Of a stretch of 64,000 nt of DNA, positions 59,162 to 64,000 are shown one piece after another (within the stretch, counting starts at the first letter, position 1; the number at the start of each line of letters is the position of its first letter). This DNA comes from Candidatus Hermodarchaeum yapensis (GTDB lineage: Archaea > Asgardarchaeota > Hermodarchaeia > Hermodarchaeales > Hermodarchaeaceae), in the NCBI GenBank assembly GCA_016840405.1, contig JAEOSK010000002.1, positions 1-64,000 on the forward strand, written 5' to 3'. The position numbers were made by a program, and so were the translations under genes. The notes beneath the pieces are model-generated. The model searched no databases. It saw only the letters and a program-made list of their open reading frames with translations, and had not been told where the DNA came from.

Positions 59162-60058
59162 TTATGAGCGTCGTCTGAGGTAGAAGATGACTAGCACAAT
59201 TATGATGATGAGTTCGATGGTGCCGATTGCTATCATGAGTGTTGTGTTGTTAGGTGGTGGTGGGGGCGTTTCGGGTGTTTCGGGTGTTTCGGGGGGCGGA
59301 TGTGGAACGATGTAATCAAATATTGCCACGTTATCAATGGCCCAACCACTCTGGGCTTCAAAGGCGAAGTAACCAGATATGGGAAAAACAGCGTCTTGTA
59401 CTGAGATGCAGTGAGTTCCATTAAGATAGATGTTGAAATACCCGGTGGAATTTCGGGTTATATCGAAGTGATTCCAGCAATTTGACCAAGTAGCCGTGCC
59501 TGGCAAAACCGCATGTTGCCCCTCAAGAGTGTAAGTACCGTCATAGCATCGTTCAAGGGTAATCGTAGGCTGATAATAGTGTGATCCTAGATTCCGCGTG
59601 TATATCCAAATTTCGTAACTGTAATTCTTGTATGGACCCGGAATATTGGACCAACCTTCTATGGGATTATAGGAATCGCCAATTAATTGAACGAAACACC
59701 AACCCAGTGTATTGTTGAATACAAACACATCGAAGCTCCATGTGCCATAGCAAATTGAGCTATTTATGTACGCCATACTCAAGTAGTGAAAGGTCTCATT
59801 TTCTGAGGGTCCAATGACCTTCAATGTTTGATCAGCAGCAGAAAAATTACCAACACCATCAGGAAAATACTCCATAAATGCAATTTTATTAAGAAATCTT
59901 CCGTAGGTATCCCAGCCCATATAGTCCATGTCATTGAAGGTATCCGCAATCACATCCGTTGCCCGCACCGCATCAGAGAACGGCAACAGCATCGACATCG
60001 CCCAGAGCACAGCTATTACAACTAGCAGACCACTCAACTTTCTCTGTTTTTTCATCAA
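59162..60058 (-). CDS. Tandem paralog of 58105-59028
   Basis: Same motifs; PETPETPETP stalk. Confidence 0.75.
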   Translation of the reverse strand: MMKKQRKLSGLLVVIAVLWAMSMLLPFSDAVRATDVIADTFNDMDYMGWDTYGRFLNKIAFMEYFPDGVGNFSAADQTLKVIGPSENETFHYLSMAYINSSICYGTWSFDVFVFNNTLGWCFVQLIGDSYNPIEGWSNIPGPYKNYSYEIWIYTRNLGSHYYQPTITLERCYDGTYTLEGQHAVLPGTATWSNCWNHFDITRNSTGYFNIYLNGTHCISVQDAVFPISGYFAFEAQSGWAIDNVAIFDYIVPHPPPETPETPETPPPPPNNTTLMIAIGTIELIIIIVLVIFYLRRRS

Positions 60059-60436
60059 ATTCGGACTCTCCTAGACTTACTCCTACACCCTTCCGCCCAG
60101 GAAGGGTTGGACGCCCTCCCTTATCCTTCGAACCTTAAAAATTCGATTTTTCGATAAAACGTGAGGTTTAGTATTTCTTATTAATGGAAAACCGTAGATT
60201 AGTAAATTTGAACGCCAGATGACTTTCTAAATAAGTATGGTATCTTTTGGCTTCTTCATAATTGGAGACTCCCGGATTGTTTTTTGGTGAAGTATAGGTG
60301 GGGCTCAGGGTTCCTTTAGCAAAAATAGAAACTGGCTCATTTTCATTATGAGGATCTCATTCTACCAGAAAAGATTTCGATAGCACTGTGAGAAGACGAT
60401 TATGTATTCCGTTTTGGAGCTTAAGCCATGAGAACG

Positions 60437-60548
60437 GTCCTGCCAGATGAGTTCCTCAGTGGGAATCTCGGGGTCTAAGTAGCACTCGGGGTACCATGTC
60501 GTGGTACATCAGCTTGAACCACACCCAAACGAAGGCGTCTGCGAGCTG
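60437..60548 (-). pseudogene. katG: Catalase-peroxidase remnant
   Basis: QLADAFVWVWFKLMYHDMVPR, a frameshift, then CYLDPEIPTEELIWQD; compare the KatG consensus FADAFARAWFKLTHRDMGP..RYLGPEVP.E.LIWQD. Confidence 0.85.
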
Positions 60549-60549
60549 A

Positions 60550-62007
60550 TTATCCGCCTTTCACGCCTTTGGCTATGCGGTCGCCGATTTCCTTATCGAT
60601 GTTGCGCCAGTATTCAAAGGCCCGCTGCAGAACGGGTTCGGACACGCCGTTTTGCAAATGCCCCACCACATTGGACACCAGCCGGTCGCGCTGCGCATCG
60701 TCCATGACCTTGCGCACCAGTGTGCCAGGTTGACCGAAATCGTCGTCGTCCTTGCGTTTGGTGTAGGCGGCACGGATGAACTCGCCGCTGGCACTCCAGA
60801 TGGCCACCTCGGGATACCGCTCAGGGTCGGCTTTGGGGCCGCCTTTTGAGTTGGGCGTATAGACAGGATCTGAGACGTTGTCAATCCGCATGGCCCCGCC
60901 CTTGCTGTAGTTGTGCACTGGTACTTTGGGTCGGTTGACTGGAATCTGCTTGTAGTTGACACCTAGACGAGCCCGGTGGGCGTCAGCATATGAAACCAGA
61001 CGGGCGAGCAGCATTTTATCCGGGCTCGGACCGATTCCGGGGACGAGGTTGTTCGGCCCGAACGCCGCCTGCTCAATCTCAGCGTGAAAATCGCTCGGAT
61101 TACGGTCCAGCGTCAGCTGGCCCACTTCGTGTACCGGGTAATCTCCGTGGGGCCACACCTTGGTCAGGTCGAAGGGGTTGAATCGGTAAGTCTCGGCCTC
61201 TTTGAAGGGCATGATCTGGACTTTCAGGGTCCAACTGGGGTAATCCCCCCGCTTGATCGCCTCGAACAGATCGCGGCGGTGGTAATCGGCATCAACACCG
61301 GCAATCCGGTCGGCCTCTTCCTGGGTGAGGAAGTCAATGCCCTGGTTTGTCTTGAAGTGATACTTCACCCAGTATCGCTCGCCTTTGGCATTGACCCACA
61401 TAAATGTGTGGCTCGAGTAGCCGTTCATGTGCCGATAGCTTTTGGGGACTCCACGATCACTCATCAAGATGGTGACTTGATGGGCCGTCTCGGGTGAAAG
61501 CGTCCAGAAGTCCCACTGCATGTCGTTATCACGCAGGCCGCTGTCCGCACGGCGCTTCTGGGAGTGGATGAAGTGCTGGAACTTCATAGGATCACGTACG
61601 AAGAAAACAGGGGTGTTGTTTCCCACCATGTCATAATTGCCTTCTGTGGTGTAAAACTTCAGCGCAAAGCCGCGTACATCCCGCCAGGTATCGGGACTGC
61701 CGCTTTCGCCAGCTACAGTGGAGAATCGGGCCAACACCTCGGTCTTCGTGCCCGGTTGGAACACGGCTGCCTTTGTATAAGTACTGACGTCCTTGGTCAC
61801 CTCAAAGTATCCGAAGGCCCCGGAACCCTTTGCGTGGGGCTGGCGGTCTGGAATCATCTCCCTGTTAAAGTTGGCCATCTGCTCCATCAAGTAGTGGTCC
61901 TGCAGCAGAATTGGGCCATCAGGCCCTACGGTAAGAGAAAACTCATCGCTGGCTACTGGGATCCCGGCATCTGTTGTTGTGGGTTTTAGTCTTTTTTTCT
62001 TTGCCAA
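60550..62007 (-). CDS. katA: Monofunctional heme catalase (small subunit)
   Basis: [30 protein letters not shown] and [10 protein letters not shown] motifs; GC-rich codons. Confidence 0.97.
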   Translation of the reverse strand: MAKKKRLKPTTTDAGIPVASDEFSLTVGPDGPILLQDHYLMEQMANFNREMIPDRQPHAKGSGAFGYFEVTKDVSTYTKAAVFQPGTKTEVLARFSTVAGESGSPDTWRDVRGFALKFYTTEGNYDMVGNNTPVFFVRDPMKFQHFIHSQKRRADSGLRDNDMQWDFWTLSPETAHQVTILMSDRGVPKSYRHMNGYSSHTFMWVNAKGERYWVKYHFKTNQGIDFLTQEEADRIAGVDADYHRRDLFEAIKRGDYPSWTLKVQIMPFKEAETYRFNPFDLTKVWPHGDYPVHEVGQLTLDRNPSDFHAEIEQAAFGPNNLVPGIGPSPDKMLLARLVSYADAHRARLGVNYKQIPVNRPKVPVHNYSKGGAMRIDNVSDPVYTPNSKGGPKADPERYPEVAIWSASGEFIRAAYTKRKDDDDFGQPGTLVRKVMDDAQRDRLVSNVVGHLQNGVSEPVLQRAFEYWRNIDKEIGDRIAKGVKGG

Positions 62008-62277
62008 TACTTAATCCTCCAAAATTTGATTGATTAGTAATAGTGCTATTCGACTTTAAAATTCATTACTTCTTCTTAATCGGCAAAGGTTTTTACTTTC
62101 TAATTATTAGCACTGACAAACCTAACCAGAAAAGGGTGATGTTTTGTGTGCTCCATGCTTGAACAGTTCATCAATAATTAGACTTAAATAAGATGTCTTG
62201 TTTAAGCTCTTCCTTGAGGGATAGGTTTCTGGTAATTAAGAAATCTATCAGGAAGATATTCAGGTATTAAAAAAAGG

Positions 62278-62583
62278 TTGGTCAAAATGAAGTATATCGC
62301 CTATTGGGAGGCTGACATGGAAAAATTAGATGCGCTTGTGAAGAAAAATGCAGAACTTATAGCGATTTACGAAAAAGGCACCGATAAGTATCCTAAGGTC
62401 AAATATGGCCCTTACAACATTATTAGCGAAAGTGGAAATCGAGGGTTTGTAATCCTTGATGTCGATGATCCCCATCAATTAGTTCGATGGAACCTTCATT
62501 ACGCTGGCTTATCTGAGTGGACCTTCGTTCCGATTTATAGTACTGCAAAAACCACCGATGTTTATTTGAAAGAGATGAAGTAA
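62278..62583 (+). CDS. DUF3303/GYD-like small ferredoxin-fold protein
   Basis: MKYIAYWE, GFVILDVDD and WTFVPI motifs. Confidence 0.65.
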   Translation: MVKMKYIAYWEADMEKLDALVKKNAELIAIYEKGTDKYPKVKYGPYNIISESGNRGFVILDVDDPHQLVRWNLHYAGLSEWTFVPIYSTAKTTDVYLKEMK

Positions 62584-62700
62584 ATCCCCAAAAAACGAAA
62601 CGCAATGGAATTAATACCTCCACATCTCCTAGAAGATAGATTAACTACTACTCAGTCCTTTGAATTAGGTCAATAGTCTATAAACAACAAAAGGAAAAGA

Positions 62701-62841
62701 GGATCTTTTTACCCCAGAACTACCACGTGTTAATGTGTTTATGACCTAACACGTAAAGGTTGGAATTCATCCAACAACGCGTGTTAGCTTGACTAACTAA
62801 ACCGGAAAACGGTGATGTTTAGTGTTTCTAACACGTGTTAG
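62701..62841. repeat. Structured repeat unit with ACACGTGT boxes
   Basis: 62701-62731 matches 63969-63999 at 28/31. 62806-62829 resembles 62130-62152 and 60156-60178. Perfect palindrome CTAACACGTGTTAG at 62828-62841. Confidence 0.8.
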
Positions 62842-63075
62842 CTTTTCCGTCAAGATGAATAGATGAGTGTTTCCAAACTCTCCCAAATTCAGGACAAGTA
62901 CATCGCAAATAAACTTTAAACGTTCAGCGAGGGTGTTTAAAGGTGAAATGATCGACGTACAGCTTCTTAAACAGTTTTTTCTAGACCCACAATTTGCTCC
63001 CTAGTCATACAGAAATTATATCTAACACAAACATTATATTAAGCACAACCACTATGTATAACATGGTGAAAATAA

Positions 63076-63318
63076 GTGACGACGATTTCCATTAAAGAGG
63101 ATACAAGAAAACATCTCCTCAAAATTGCAGCTGATCTTCAGCGGCAACAAGGTCGAAGAGTCGACTTTGATGCCACTATTAAGCATTTAATCCACTTTTT
63201 TGAGCACCAGAAAAAAGATATAGCTTCGTGGGAGTCATTTACAACACCAGAGCCTGGACTAGATTTTGATGAACTTTATCAACTACTGATACAGGAGCGA
63301 CTCAAAGACAATGGCTAA
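63076..63318 (+). CDS. Antitoxin (RHH/VapB-like)
   Basis: MTTISIKEDTRKHL...DFDATI; overlaps the PIN gene. Confidence 0.75.
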   Translation: MTTISIKEDTRKHLLKIAADLQRQQGRRVDFDATIKHLIHFFEHQKKDIASWESFTTPEPGLDFDELYQLLIQERLKDNG

Positions 63319-63736
63319 AGAAACTAAGCCTGCAGTCTTCGTTCTTGATGGTGGTGTCCTAATCGCACTGGCTACAGGAGAAAAAAGAACAGAAGATTTA
63401 GCTCAGGAAATTGCAGCAGGAAACAGCCTATTTGCTTGTACTGAACTAGCAATGAGTGAACTAGCTTACATTATCTGTAGGAAAGCAGGGTGGGAAACAG
63501 CATCAAAAAAAGTAAAGAGCCTTATTAAATCAGCTACTATCCAAACAATTCCTGCTTCGTCATTGTGGCAACTTTCAGCGCAACTAAAGTGCAAGGCTGC
63601 TATTGCACTTCCTGATTGTTTCACCATTGCTGCAGCCCAGATCCTCAAGGGTGCTGCACTTTTTGTACGAAAAGAAAAGGAATTAAAAAAAGCCATTGAC
63701 CACAGATTAGTACCCAACATCCTACAATTTCTGTAA
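63311..63736 (+). CDS. vapC: PIN-domain toxin
   Basis: FVLDGGVLIA, ELAYIICR and LPDCFTIAAA motifs. Confidence 0.82.
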   Translation: MAKETKPAVFVLDGGVLIALATGEKRTEDLAQEIAAGNSLFACTELAMSELAYIICRKAGWETASKKVKSLIKSATIQTIPASSLWQLSAQLKCKAAIALPDCFTIAAAQILKGAALFVRKEKELKKAIDHRLVPNILQFL

Positions 63737-63968
63737 TTACAATTCAATGGAACAACGCATGAATGTCAGCTATAATCCTAGTTAATGAAATCTTCAATTG
63801 TGTTTCCACCTTTGACTTTAGTCCATTCTATCCTAATTGTTCTAAATATGATAATATGCTAAAAAATACTGTCTAATGCAGGTGGAGCTATCTTTAGTTA
63901 CATCTATGTCTTCGAACTGTGACATAGTGAAAGTTCTCAACCTGTGCTAATATCTTGATTACTAATGG

Positions 63969-64000
63969 GGGTCTTTTTATCCCAGAGCTACCACGTGTTG
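63969..64000. repeat. Start of the next copy of the 62701 repeat (cut by the window end)
   Basis: GGGTCTTTTTATCCCAGAGCTACCACGTGTT. Confidence 0.8.

Noticed and set aside
62999-63040. Archaeal dif site (TTATATCTAA arm)
   Set aside because: There is no matching inverted arm at 6-bp spacing; it is better explained as the TA promoter.
1-64000. tRNA/rRNA genes and the many short antisense or nested ORFs
   Set aside because: No T-arm/cloverleaf or rRNA signature was seen by eye (tRNAscan-SE was not run). The nested ORFs overlap well-supported genes and lack motifs.

Overview
This is archaeal chromosomal DNA, most likely from an Asgard archaeon. That is an inference from the archaeal-type CODH/ACS, the IPGF-TM-basic sorting tails, and a membrane-anchored RING protein; no marker gene is present. 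Core metabolic genes are the Wood-Ljungdahl genes cdhABCD and cooC, an hdrA-mvhD fusion, fwdF/G/D/B-like genes, cofC, ppdK and a RuBisCO-like protein. Many C-terminally anchored surface proteins are interspersed. Main oddities: (1) an AT-rich array at 32.4-36.2 kb of co-oriented orphan genes separated by a recurring 27-bp site, resembling a cassette array with no integrase in view; (2) a second repeat family at 60.1-64 kb around a GC-rich catalase, a small gene and a VapBC pair; (3) FwdB and FwdD homologs that have lost Mo/W active-site residues; (4) a receptor-like propeller-TM-RING protein; (5) a dead TnpB-only IS200/IS605 element whose right end rebuilds the stop codon of the gene it entered; (6) a frameshifted katG scar directly after the catalase stop codon. 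No rRNA, tRNA or CRISPR array was seen. All protein calls come from motifs read by eye, not from database searches.
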